In this document: piece by piece, positions 14,944 to 23,742 of the stretch
How the letters are laid out: each line of letters starts with the position of its first letter
Position numbering within the stretch: position 1 is the first letter of the stretch
From: Lysobacterales bacterium
Lineage (GTDB): Bacteria; Pseudomonadota; Gammaproteobacteria; Xanthomonadales; SZUA-5
Length of the DNA: 27,674 nucleotides
Direction of reading: 5' to 3'
NCBI GenBank assembly: GCA_022844165.1
Contig: JALHMH010000032.1
Coordinates: forward strand, 1-27,674
Notes under the pieces: generated by a model
Seen by the model: the letters and a program-made list of their open reading frames with translations, nothing else
What the model was told of the DNA's origin: nothing
Databases searched by the model: none
Made by a program: the position numbers and the translations under genes

Positions 14944-16310
14944 AGAACAAGGGCGCAATGAAATCGAGTTACGTCTGCCAGGAATGCGGGGCGGTGTCGC
15001 CGAAATGGGCCGGCCAATGCGCCGAATGCGGCGCCTGGAATTCGCTCGTCGAAGAGAGCGCCTCGACGCCGCGCAGAGGCAGCTACGCGGGTGGCGCAAG
15101 CGCCGCGGATGTGGCCGATCTGGCCAACGTCGCGTTCAGCGAAGAAGCTCGACTCGACACGGGTTTGGGCGAGCTCAATCGTGTGCTGGGCGGTGGACTG
15201 GTCAAGGGCTCGGTGGTGTTGGTCGGCGGCGATCCTGGCATCGGCAAGTCGACGCTACTGCTGCAGGTCCACGCGAGCCTCGCGGCAGCCAGCCGCGTGT
15301 TGTATGTCAGCGGCGAAGAATCGCTCGGGCAGATCGCGCAGCGCGCACGGCGTCTTGCGGTGAATGCCCGCGGCCTGAAGTGCCTGGCGGAAACTGCGGT
15401 AGATCGGATTCTCGCCACCGCAACCGTCGAAAAGCCCGAAGTGATGATCATCGACTCGATCCAGACGCTGTGGCTCGCCGAGTTGCAAAGCGCGCCCGGA
15501 TCGGTTTCGCAAGTGCGCGAGTGCGCTGCGCGCCTGGTGCGCTATGCGAAGGAGCAAGGCGTCAGTGTGTTCCTGATCGGACATGTCACCAAAGAAGGCG
15601 GGATCGCCGGTCCGCGCGTGCTCGAACATATGGTCGATGCGGTGTTGTACTTCGAAGGCGAATCCGGTTCGCGCTTTCGAATTCTGCGCGCGCTGAAAAA
15701 CCGCTTCGGTGCGGTCAACGAACTCGGTGTGTTTGCGATGACCGATAAGGGTCTCAAAGAGGTGCCGAATCCGTCGGCGATTTTCCTGTCGAATCAGAGC
15801 GAACGTGGCCCTGGAAGCACGGTCATGGTGACGCGCGAAGGTACGCGTCCACTCCTGGTTGAGGTGCAGGCACTGGTCGATCAGAGTCCGCTCGCGAATC
15901 CGCGCCGGGTTGCAGTCGGTTATGAGCCCAATCGACTGGCGCTGCTGCTCGCGGTCGCCCATCGCCATGCGGGTGTGGCGATCTACGATCAAGATGTGTT
16001 CGTGAACATCGTGGGTGGCATACGCGTCAGCGAAACGGCAGCGGATTTGCCGGTATTACTCGCGGTTCACTCGAGTTTTCGCAACCGCGCCATCGGCACA
16101 CACACGCTGGCATTCGGCGAAGTCGGTTTGTCGGGCGAGATTCGCCCGATTCCCAATGGCGAAGAGCGTCTGCGCGAGGCCGCACAGCACGGATTCAAAC
16201 TCGCCATCGTCCCTGCCGCAAACAAACCTAAGCGCGAACGGTTCGGAGAGCTTGAGGTGATCGGCGCGCAAACCTTGGCGCAGGCTCTGGACGCGCTGGC
16301 GAATCGTTAG
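14940..16310 (+). CDS. radA: DNA repair protein RadA/Sms
   Basis: C4 zinc finger (CQECG...CAECG), Walker A GDPGIGKST, KNRFG motif and Lon-like C-terminus. Start is GTG 14940 or ATG 14958. Confidence 0.97.
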   Translation: MKNKGAMKSSYVCQECGAVSPKWAGQCAECGAWNSLVEESASTPRRGSYAGGASAADVADLANVAFSEEARLDTGLGELNRVLGGGLVKGSVVLVGGDPGIGKSTLLLQVHASLAAASRVLYVSGEESLGQIAQRARRLAVNARGLKCLAETAVDRILATATVEKPEVMIIDSIQTLWLAELQSAPGSVSQVRECAARLVRYAKEQGVSVFLIGHVTKEGGIAGPRVLEHMVDAVLYFEGESGSRFRILRALKNRFGAVNELGVFAMTDKGLKEVPNPSAIFLSNQSERGPGSTVMVTREGTRPLLVEVQALVDQSPLANPRRVAVGYEPNRLALLLAVAHRHAGVAIYDQDVFVNIVGGIRVSETAADLPVLLAVHSSFRNRAIGTHTLAFGEVGLSGEIRPIPNGEERLREAAQHGFKLAIVPAANKPKRERFGELEVIGAQTLAQALDALANR

Positions 16311-16807
16311 CCGCCGCCCGCGCACTTCACGCCCACACCCTCGGCATTGGGCGGCAGACAAAAGATCTGATGCTGCATACCGTGAGCCTCTCGTTGGGCT
16401 TTGCGCGCACGCTCTTCGCGCTGTCCGATGGTCATGCACTCTTGTTTTCCAATGCGGGTGCCCAGCGGCGTGCGCTTGACGCAGACGATGCGATTCTTGT
16501 TGCGCAGGCGCAGCACGGTATCGAGCCGTTCGCGCGCGGCGGTCAGCGCTTCGCGGTCATCTATCGAGAGTTCGTCGATCGATGCTTTTCCCGCCGTCAG
16601 CTCCTCAATACGCTTGAGCGATGCATTGGCCAGTTTGATGTCGCGCGTCGACAGCCGACCGTAATCGCCGCGTCGCGCCAAGTCGACGGCCAACTGCGAG
16701 TTGACGACAACTTCGGAGAGCGTGTCGTTCGGCGTCATTTTGGTGTACGCGACACAGTCAGCTGCACAAACCGCGGCGACGGCAAAACAGAGCACCTTGA
16801 AGTTCAT
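16307..16807 (-). CDS. Hypothetical exported protein with C-terminal C-x(n)-GTRI-x3-C motif
   Basis: ATG at 16807 with a GAGGAAGGG RBS, a signal-peptide-like N-terminus, and IVCVKRTPLGTRIGKQECMT. Its 3' end overlaps the convergent radA stop. Confidence 0.8.
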   Translation of the reverse strand: MNFKVLCFAVAAVCAADCVAYTKMTPNDTLSEVVVNSQLAVDLARRGDYGRLSTRDIKLANASLKRIEELTAGKASIDELSIDDREALTAARERLDTVLRLRNKNRIVCVKRTPLGTRIGKQECMTIGQREERARKAQREAHGMQHQIFCLPPNAEGVGVKCAGGG

Positions 16808-16840
16808 AACCCTTCCTCGGTTCGGCGAAAGCTGAATGTC

Positions 16841-16932
16841 TATCACGTTGTTGAGAAACGCACTTACGTGCTCGACCCATGTGCGAACCATCCATGGTTC
16901 GCGCCCGCAGGCTGTTGCTCAACAGCCTGCTA
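16841..16932. repeat. Small MITE/REP-like element, copy A (internally deleted)
   Basis: Ends TATCACGTTGTTGAGAAA / TTGCTCAACAGCCTGCTA form degenerate IRs. Internal palindrome GCGAACCATCCATGGTTCGC. Colinear with 18030-18140. Confidence 0.75.
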
Positions 16933-17067
16933 TTGCAGGTGATGAACGCGTCAGGCCGCTTTATGAAGACGCCTTCGTCCACGGTGCAAAGCCCGGTTGC
17001 CGAAGACAAGCACTACGGCAACTGGGGACCATGCTACTGCCGAGGTTGATTGCGCCGTGGTGCGAAA

Positions 17068-17256
17068 TCAGTTGCGTGGACAAGAATTAATTCCCAGCAA
17101 AGAATACGCCGGGCAGTATCGGAACAAGCCGGTGGCCAGCGGTACCAGGCCGACAAGGCCCCACAGGGTCTGCGGGCCGACAAAAATCAGGCTCAGCAAT
17201 ACCAGCCCGACTGCAATTCGCAAGATTCGGTCGATGTTCCCTACATTGGCTTTCAT
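17068..17256 (-). CDS. DUF2892 (YgaP-like) small membrane protein
   Basis: MKANVGNIDRILRI...GLVPLATGLFRYCPAYSLLGINSC; CAGGAG RBS. Confidence 0.92.
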   Translation of the reverse strand: MKANVGNIDRILRIAVGLVLLSLIFVGPQTLWGLVGLVPLATGLFRYCPAYSLLGINSCPRN

Positions 17257-17280
17257 GGCGTGCTCCTGGTGGGTTGAATC

Positions 17281-17323
17281 AGTCTGACGGATACGCCCGG
17301 GCCTGTCGGTGACTTGCGTTACA
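17281..17323 (-). promoter_or_regulatory. CRP/FNR-type box with class II promoter geometry upstream of the DUF2892 gene
   Basis: Minus strand TGTAA-N6-TCACC at 17323-17308. A -10-like CAGACT at 17286-17281 starts 29.5 bp from the box centre, equivalent to a -41.5 position. Confidence 0.6.
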
Positions 17324-17975
17324 CAGCCCTCGTGGCCAATCGGGTCAGATCGAGCAGGCGAATTGACTCGCGCCCCAATTCGATGAGCTGTTCGTCGGCG
17401 AATTGGTTTAACAGGCGGGTAATCATTTCGCGCACGGTGCCGAGATCATCGGCGAGCGCCTGATGGGTTGTGTGCAGATGCGGGCCGCGCTCCAGGAGCA
17501 GGCGCGCCAGACGTTGATCGAGGCGTTGAAACGCCACCTCCTCAACCAGCATCATGAGCTCGGCCATGCGTTCGGCGAAGAGTGCGAACACGTAGCGGCG
17601 AAACGGCGAATGTTCGGCGACGAGCTGCTCAAACAATGCGCTGTCGACAGGCAGCAGACGTACATCGGTAAAGGCGATTCCGCGGGCGTTGTAATGCCGC
17701 CGACCGAGCAGGCAGCCCTGCGTGATGATGCACGATTCGCCCGGCAGCACACGATAAAGATGCAGCAAGCGACCGTGCCTTGCCATTTTGCTGACACGCA
17801 CTTCGCCGGCCAAAACCAGTGGAAACGCTGCGCATGCGGCGCCATCCTCGAAAAGCACAGTTCCCGCTGCGAAATCCAGCGGCTTGAGTGTCAGGAGCCT
17901 GGCGGCGAGTCCGTCCGGCAGATCGCGAAGCGCCGGATAAAGTCGCCGGGCGTGGTCGAGCGCATGCATGCTCAT
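17319..17975 (-). CDS. Crp/Fnr family transcriptional regulator
   Basis: cNMP-binding-like domain (LYRVLPGESCI) and HTH (THQALADDLGTVREMITRLL). Confidence 0.93.
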   Translation of the reverse strand: MSMHALDHARRLYPALRDLPDGLAARLLTLKPLDFAAGTVLFEDGAACAAFPLVLAGEVRVSKMARHGRLLHLYRVLPGESCIITQGCLLGRRHYNARGIAFTDVRLLPVDSALFEQLVAEHSPFRRYVFALFAERMAELMMLVEEVAFQRLDQRLARLLLERGPHLHTTHQALADDLGTVREMITRLLNQFADEQLIELGRESIRLLDLTRLATRAV

Positions 17976-18029
17976 GTCTCATCGTTGTGCGCCTTGCACC
18001 AACGCCATTCGCGACGCCAGGGCCGGCTC

Positions 18030-18140
18030 TAACATGTTGTTGAGAAGCGCACTTCCTGTGCGTTTCTCATGTCGCGAGCTCGATCCATGAGCGAACCATT
18101 CCTGGTTCGCACCAGCAGGCATTTTCTCAACCGCCTGCTA
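18030..18140. repeat. Small MITE/REP-like element, copy B
   Basis: Ends TAACATGTTGTTGAGAA / TTCTCAACCGCCTGCTA. Internal hairpins GAGAAGCGCAC-ttcct-GTGCGTTTCTC and GCGAACCA-ttcc-TGGTTCGC. Confidence 0.75.
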
Positions 18141-18608
18141 AGCGCCCGGCTGCAGCATGACGCTGGTTGCGGTGATCCGATACTCGACCTGCGGTCCGGT
18201 GACGTTGTTGGGATCCTGGCCAGCGTCTTCCGCAAAGTGCTTAGCCATTTTTTCATCGATATCTTTCACCGTCAGCTCGCCATAAACAACGGCATTGCCG
18301 GTGGTGTCCTTGGGAATGTAAAAATCGTGTTTGCCGAACATCACACGCGCGTGGGTTTCGCCGTTCGCCAGCACCAGCCAACAGCCCTTGGTCTGACAGA
18401 CCTTGGCGATGCGCCCACTGAACTTGTTCGACTTGTCGGCGTAGGTATCGACGTTCGACAGGGCGGCTTTGATATCGATGGCGTCGCCTGCAGGCATGGC
18501 AACCCCGTAGACGGGATTGCCATCGACGACGGCCACGGGTTTGCTCGGCATCTCCGAGGCGAACGCAGGGGCCATCACCAGCAGCACAGAGAGTAAGGAC
18601 AGACGCAT
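18138..18608 (-). CDS. DUF4920-like exported OB-fold protein
   Basis: Signal peptide from ATG 18608 (GGAG RBS); G.I.KVCQTKGCW, FYIPKD and AKHFAEDAG motifs. Confidence 0.85.
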   Translation of the reverse strand: MRLSLLSVLLVMAPAFASEMPSKPVAVVDGNPVYGVAMPAGDAIDIKAALSNVDTYADKSNKFSGRIAKVCQTKGCWLVLANGETHARVMFGKHDFYIPKDTTGNAVVYGELTVKDIDEKMAKHFAEDAGQDPNNVTGPQVEYRITATSVMLQPGA

Positions 18609-18810
18609 TTCTAGAACTCCAGATCGTGAGTAGACGGACAATTTCCGCGAGTGGACCCAAGTCTAAACCGAGCGTGGTGCCGTGCAGCGATCTCGCGCGA
18701 CGAACGCACCGAAACAGACGCCGTTGGGTGCACGACGATGGTTTTGCTGGGAGTACAGGCCGAAGAGACGGTATCGGGCGAAGGACCGGGACATTTGAAT
18801 CCGCCTGCGC

Positions 18811-19707
18811 TCAAATGGTAACTCCATCGAGACGCTGCCTTTCGTTCACGGTGGAAAACCTGCCGTTGCCATCTCGCGCGATGCTCGCCAATGCGACCTC
18901 GGGATCGTGGGTAAAGAACAACCGAACACCACGCGCGAAACGATCTTCAAGAAAATGGCGCTTCTCGTCAATCAGGCATTCTGGAAAGCGATCGTAGCCC
19001 ATCGTGACGGGCACATGCACCCAGGGCCGACCCGGAATCAGATCGGCGCAAAACACGATGTTTTGCGCGCCGCGCAATTCGCTTAGCATCAAACCCGGTG
19101 TATGACCATTGGACAGGTAAAACGCTACGCTTTCGCCGAGACATTCGGTGTGCACCGGCACCGGCGTTCCGATCAGCGACTGCGCTGGCCCCAGCTCAAC
19201 GAATTCTAAACGTCCACTGGCGCGCAACAAATCGTTCAAGCCTGGTATGAACGAAGCGCGATCTCGGGCATGCGGTTTTTCGGCGCGCTCGAAGTGCTCT
19301 CGCGCCACCACAAAACGCGCCTTGGGAAACAGCAGGCGCATCGCTTCGCCCTGGACCCACGGCGCCAGCAGTCCGCCAGCGTGATCGAAATGCAAGTGAC
19401 TTAGAACAACCACGTCGATGTCAGCATCGGTCAAACCGATTTCCGCCAATGACAGCAGCAAGCGATGTTCGGACTCCACGACCCCAAAACGCTCGCGCAT
19501 CGCAGGATCGAAAAACGCGCCGATGCCGGTCTCGAACAACACATAACGACCATCGTCGAGGCGCACCAACAACGCGCGACACGCCAGCGGCACACGATGC
19601 TGTTCGTCGGGCGGCAACCACTTCTGCCACAACGCTCGCGGCACGTTGCCGAACATCGCGCCGCCATCCAGGCGCTGCGTATTGCCATCGATCGACCACG
19701 CTTGCAT
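18811..19707 (-). CDS. MBL-fold metallo-hydrolase (YtnP-like)
   Basis: [33 protein letters not shown] and FTHDP motifs. ATG 19707 has a GGAGGG RBS (alternative GTG 19722). Confidence 0.92.
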   Translation of the reverse strand: MQAWSIDGNTQRLDGGAMFGNVPRALWQKWLPPDEQHRVPLACRALLVRLDDGRYVLFETGIGAFFDPAMRERFGVVESEHRLLLSLAEIGLTDADIDVVVLSHLHFDHAGGLLAPWVQGEAMRLLFPKARFVVAREHFERAEKPHARDRASFIPGLNDLLRASGRLEFVELGPAQSLIGTPVPVHTECLGESVAFYLSNGHTPGLMLSELRGAQNIVFCADLIPGRPWVHVPVTMGYDRFPECLIDEKRHFLEDRFARGVRLFFTHDPEVALASIARDGNGRFSTVNERQRLDGVTI

Positions 19708-19809
19708 CTTACCCTCCGTCACTGCGACTCACGTTTGCCTCGCCATCATAGGACGACGCGCCAGCGTCTCCTATTGCGATCTTCGCGTCAGGCGGTCTTT
19801 TCGACTAAC

Positions 19810-19830
19810 CTGTACAGTACGTACATGTAC
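19810..19830. promoter_or_regulatory. Probable toxin-antitoxin operator (overlapping GTAC palindromes)
   Basis: CTGTACAG, GTACGTAC and GTACATGTAC overlap 13 nt upstream of the antitoxin ATG. TGTACA is the known YefM operator core. Confidence 0.65.
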
Positions 19831-19843
19831 CGGGCATACTCAT

Positions 19844-20134
19844 ATGGATGCGCTCTCGCTCACGGAACTGAGGCAAAACCTGTTCCAGATTGCAGATGGT
19901 GTGATCGACACCGGCGAGGCTGTGGTGATCGAGCGCCGGGGTGTACGGCTGAGGTTGGTGAGGGAAGATGCGGCCATTGGCGGCAGATTGGCGCGACTGA
20001 AGGCGCAACAGCTTGTGATCGGCCCGCCACTGAAACCCGACGAATCACCCGCGCTGTGGTCGGAACCGCCGTTGTCTGCGGTGGCCGAAACGGTTCCTAC
20101 CTTCGGCGCTCCGGCGAAGAGGCCAAAACGGTGA
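19844..20134 (+). CDS. Phd/YefM-family antitoxin
   Basis: MDALSLTELRQNLFQIADGVIDTGEAVVIERRG is a Phd-type N-terminus; the gene overlaps the toxin start. Confidence 0.85.
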   Translation: MDALSLTELRQNLFQIADGVIDTGEAVVIERRGVRLRLVREDAAIGGRLARLKAQQLVIGPPLKPDESPALWSEPPLSAVAETVPTFGAPAKRPKR

Positions 20135-20505
20135 TCATGCTCGACACGCATATCGCGGTGGGTTTGTTTCAGGGCTCAACGGCTGGCCTCAGTCGAAAGG
20201 CCTTGGCATTGATCGATCGTGAACCCGCTTACCTATCGCCAGCCGTTTCGCTGGAACTGCAATTGCTCAAAGAAATCGGGCGATTGCGCTTGGGCGCCCA
20301 CGAGGTCCTCGGTTATCTCGCACGTACATTGGCCGTGCATCAGGCGAACGACCGCTTCTCCGACATCGTGCAGCATGCTATGGCACTCAGTTTCACACGA
20401 GATCCCTTCGATCGGCTGATTACTGCGCACGCGGCAATGCTCAAAGCAACGCTGATCACGCACGATGCGCTCATCCATCGACACTATCGGCAGGCCATGC
20501 AATGA
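20131..20505 (+). CDS. PIN-domain toxin (VapC family)
   Basis: MLDTH, SLELQLL, TRDPFDRLITAHA and LITHD retain the conserved acidic residues. GTGA overlap with the antitoxin (alternative ATG 20137). Confidence 0.9.
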   Translation: MIMLDTHIAVGLFQGSTAGLSRKALALIDREPAYLSPAVSLELQLLKEIGRLRLGAHEVLGYLARTLAVHQANDRFSDIVQHAMALSFTRDPFDRLITAHAAMLKATLITHDALIHRHYRQAMQ

Positions 20506-22211
20506 GCGCAGCGGAGGATTTTGCCGGCGAACTGGTGCGCGCGTTCGCTGACTACAACGCACGATTTCGCGAGATTACGCAACGCGCGAAGCGGCGCTTC
20601 GAGCGCCAGGAATGGACCGCCGCCCGGCTTGACGCCATCGAACGCATCGAGTTGTACGATGTCTGCGTTGCCGAAACCTCGCGCCGACTGGAGGCCGAAC
20701 TCGAAAGCGACGTCGCCGACCGCGTCCTCTGGGCGCAAGTGAAGACGCGATACGCCGAATCGATTGCACCGCTGCTCGATCAGGAGCTCAACAAGACCTT
20801 CTTCAACACGCTGACGCGGCGTTTCTTCAAGACTCGCGGCGTCGATGCTGCCATCGAGTTCGTGGCGCTTGAAATCGAGCCCACCGACAGCCTGACACAT
20901 CCGGTACCACGGTTGTCCTTCAGCGCCACACGTTCGCCGGCGGAGTTGTTCCGACGCGTACTCGATGGTTATCGCTTCGAGGTGCCATACGCCGATATCG
21001 AGCGTTGCGCAGCAGCCGTCGCCGCGTCGGTCAAGGCGCAACTCGCGACCTGGGAAGGCGGCGGCGCGATCCGTGCCGTGGAGATGTTGGAAACCGTGTT
21101 TTATCGCGAACGCCGAGCTTATCTGGTTGGGCGCGTTTTCGGCGAACGCGAATACGCACCACTGGTCATCGCACTGCTGCATGGCCGTGGTGGTCTGCGT
21201 GCCGATGCTGTGATGGTCAAACGCGACGACGTGGCGGTGCTGTTCGGCTTTACTCGAAGCTACTTCCAGGCCGATCTGGAAACCGTCGGCGATGCTGTCG
21301 TGTTTCTGCGCACGCTGCTGCCGAAGAAACCGGTCAATGAGTTGTACACCGTTCTCGGTCGCGCCAAACAAGGCAAGACCGAACGCTATCGCCACTTCTT
21401 TGGGCATTTCGAAAATGTCGATGAGCCACTGGTTCACGCCGAGGGCGAGCGTGGTCTGGTCATGGCCGTGTTCACGCTCCCGAGTTACCCGCTGGTGTTC
21501 AAAATCATCCGAGATCGTTTCGCGCCGTCGAAACTCATGGCTCGCCAGGATGTCATCGACAAATACCAACTGGTGTTCAAACACGATCGCGCCGGGCGCC
21601 TGATCGATGCACAGGAGTTTCGCTTTCTGCGTTTTCCGCGAAATCGGTTCGCGCCGGCGCTGCTCGATGAACTGTTCGAATCATGCCGCTCCAGTGTGAT
21701 CGAAGACGGCGACCACCTGATCATTACGCACATGTATGTCGAGCGGCGATTGCGGCCGCTGAACTTGTTCTTGAAGGAATCGCCACCGGATCTCGTCGAG
21801 CGCGCGGTACTCGACTATGGCCTGGCGATTAAAGATCTCGCCGCGAGCAATGTTTTCCCAGGCGATTTGTTGTTGAAGAATTTTGGCGTCACGCGCCACG
21901 GCCGAGTCATCTTTTACGATTACGACGAGCTCTGTCTGGTCACCGAGTGCAAGTTCCGCGAGCTGCCGGCACCACGCGACGACGACGAAGAAATGCACCA
22001 TGGCGCCTGGTACTACGTGGGCGACGCGGATGTATTTCCGGAGCAGTTCACCGAGTTCCTTGGCTTGCCGCGGCGCCTTCGGGAAACGCTGATCGCGAAG
22101 CACGGTGAGATCTTTACTGTGCGCTGGTGGCACGAGATGCAGCTGCGGCTGTCGGCGGGTCAGTTTTTCGATATCCCGCCCTATCGCGACGATGTGAGAC
22201 TTGCGCCATGA
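20502..22211 (+). CDS. aceK: Isocitrate dehydrogenase kinase/phosphatase
   Basis: TFFNTLTRR, FGFTRSYF, KQGKTERYR, VFKIIRDRF, HDRAGRLIDAQEF and FPGDLLLKNFGVTRHGRVIFYDYDE motifs. Confidence 0.96.
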   Translation: MSAAEDFAGELVRAFADYNARFREITQRAKRRFERQEWTAARLDAIERIELYDVCVAETSRRLEAELESDVADRVLWAQVKTRYAESIAPLLDQELNKTFFNTLTRRFFKTRGVDAAIEFVALEIEPTDSLTHPVPRLSFSATRSPAELFRRVLDGYRFEVPYADIERCAAAVAASVKAQLATWEGGGAIRAVEMLETVFYRERRAYLVGRVFGEREYAPLVIALLHGRGGLRADAVMVKRDDVAVLFGFTRSYFQADLETVGDAVVFLRTLLPKKPVNELYTVLGRAKQGKTERYRHFFGHFENVDEPLVHAEGERGLVMAVFTLPSYPLVFKIIRDRFAPSKLMARQDVIDKYQLVFKHDRAGRLIDAQEFRFLRFPRNRFAPALLDELFESCRSSVIEDGDHLIITHMYVERRLRPLNLFLKESPPDLVERAVLDYGLAIKDLAASNVFPGDLLLKNFGVTRHGRVIFYDYDELCLVTECKFRELPAPRDDDEEMHHGAWYYVGDADVFPEQFTEFLGLPRRLRETLIAKHGEIFTVRWWHEMQLRLSAGQFFDIPPYRDDVRLAP

Positions 22212-23080
22212 GTTTAGACAAGCGACGTCTCGCTGCATCTTTCGGCGCGGCAGCGGCGCACTATGATCAGGCGGCGGTGTTGCAAGCAACGGTGGGCGAC
22301 GAGTTACTCGAACGTGCCGCTGCGTTGGCGCAAAAACCGGCACGTATTCTCGACGTGGGTGCCGGCACGGGCCGACTGACCGCGCGTTTGCGTAAACGCT
22401 TTGCCGGCAGCGAGGTCATCGCACTGGACCTGAGCAACGGCATGTTGCGCGCCGCCAGGCGCCACGCTGGCTGGTTCAAGCCCCTGCCACGGGTGCAGGC
22501 CGATGCCGCCGCGTTGCCGTTAGCCGACGCCAGTATCGACCTGTTGTTCTCGAATCTGTGCGTTCAATGGTGCGACGATTTGCCCGCCACGCTCATGTCG
22601 TTTCGTCGTGTGCTGAAGCCCGGTGCGTGGCTGGTCTTCACGACCTTCGGGCCAGACACGCTCAAGGAGTTGCGTGGCGCCTTTGCGACCGTCGACGACC
22701 ATGCGCATGTCCATCGTTTTCTCGATATGCACGATGTCGGCGACGCCGTGCTCGCTCAAGGATTCGCCGACCCGATGCTCGATGTCGAGCGCTACACGCT
22801 AACGTATCCAGACACTATTGCGTTGATGCGCGACTTGAAAGCGATCGGCGCGCGCAACGCGCATCAGGATCGCCCACGTGGGCTCATGTCGCGGCGCGCG
22901 CTGCAGTTGTTAGAAGCAGCCTACGAGCCGCACCGCACCAACGGCTCTCTGCCGGCCAGCTACGAGGTCGTTTTCGCGCAAGCTCAAGCGCCGCAGCCGG
23001 GTGCACCGCTCAAAACTGCCGGCGGCGATCTGGCGAGTTTCAGCATTGACGAGATGCGCGCTCGCATGCGCAAGCGTTAG
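22208..23080 (+). CDS. bioC: Malonyl-ACP O-methyltransferase BioC
   Basis: FGAAAAHYDQAAVLQ, LDVGAGTG, FSNLCVQW, TFGPDTLKELR and FLDMHDVGD motifs; ATGA overlap with aceK. Confidence 0.92.
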   Translation: MSLDKRRLAASFGAAAAHYDQAAVLQATVGDELLERAAALAQKPARILDVGAGTGRLTARLRKRFAGSEVIALDLSNGMLRAARRHAGWFKPLPRVQADAAALPLADASIDLLFSNLCVQWCDDLPATLMSFRRVLKPGAWLVFTTFGPDTLKELRGAFATVDDHAHVHRFLDMHDVGDAVLAQGFADPMLDVERYTLTYPDTIALMRDLKAIGARNAHQDRPRGLMSRRALQLLEAAYEPHRTNGSLPASYEVVFAQAQAPQPGAPLKTAGGDLASFSIDEMRARMRKR

Positions 23081-23088
23081 TCCGGAGA

Positions 23089-23742
23089 TCAATCGCCAAC
23101 CGGCTCACGAGCGACCAGCAGCGCTGCCTGGGTGCGTTGGGTCAGGTCCAGTTTGCGCAGTAAGTTGCTGACGTAACCTTTGACCGTACCCTCGGTCAGG
23201 ACCAGTTCGGCGGCGATCTGGCGGTTGCTCAGGCCCCGGCCCAGCAGTTTCAGAACGGATCGCTCTCTTTGACTGAGCACCGCATAACGATCGACGACCG
23301 GTTTGCGGCGCAACAGCGCCACGACCTGTGCGTGCATTCCCTGGTGCAACCACGGTTGGCCGCTGGCAACGGCACGAATGGCCGCCAGCAAATCGTGGCG
23401 CTGCACGTCCTTGAGCAGATAGCCAATGGCACCGGCCTGCGTCACCTCGACCAAAGCCTGATCTTCGGCATAGCTGGTAAAAATGATGATGTTGCACAAC
23501 GGCGCCACGTGGCGCATCTGGGTCACCAGTTGCGCCGCCGACATGCCGGGCATTTTCAGATCGACGATGGCCACATCGATCGCGTGCCGCCGGAGGATGG
23601 CCAGCGCCTCGGTCCCGTCGCCAGCCTCTGCAACCACTTCCATGCCCGGTTCGTCTTCGCACAAGGCGCGAACGCCTTCGCGAACGATGGCGTGATCGTC
23701 GACCAGGAGAATGCGAATTGGCGTCGCGTCGAATGTGGTCAT
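23089..23742 (-). CDS. NarL/LuxR-family response regulator
   Basis: LLVDDH, phospho-Asp in IVDLKMPG, GYLLK, and a LuxR HTH (LSNRQIAAELVLTEGTVKGYVS). Confidence 0.95.
   Translation of the reverse strand: MTTFDATPIRILLVDDHAIVREGVRALCEDEPGMEVVAEAGDGTEALAILRRHAIDVAIVDLKMPGMSAAQLVTQMRHVAPLCNIIIFTSYAEDQALVEVTQAGAIGYLLKDVQRHDLLAAIRAVASGQPWLHQGMHAQVVALLRRKPVVDRYAVLSQRERSVLKLLGRGLSNRQIAAELVLTEGTVKGYVSNLLRKLDLTQRTQAALLVAREPVGD

Noticed and set aside
19465-20130. 346-aa extended PIN protein and 162-aa extended antitoxin
   Set aside because: The extensions overlap the MBL gene and promoter; the domains begin at 20131 and 19844.
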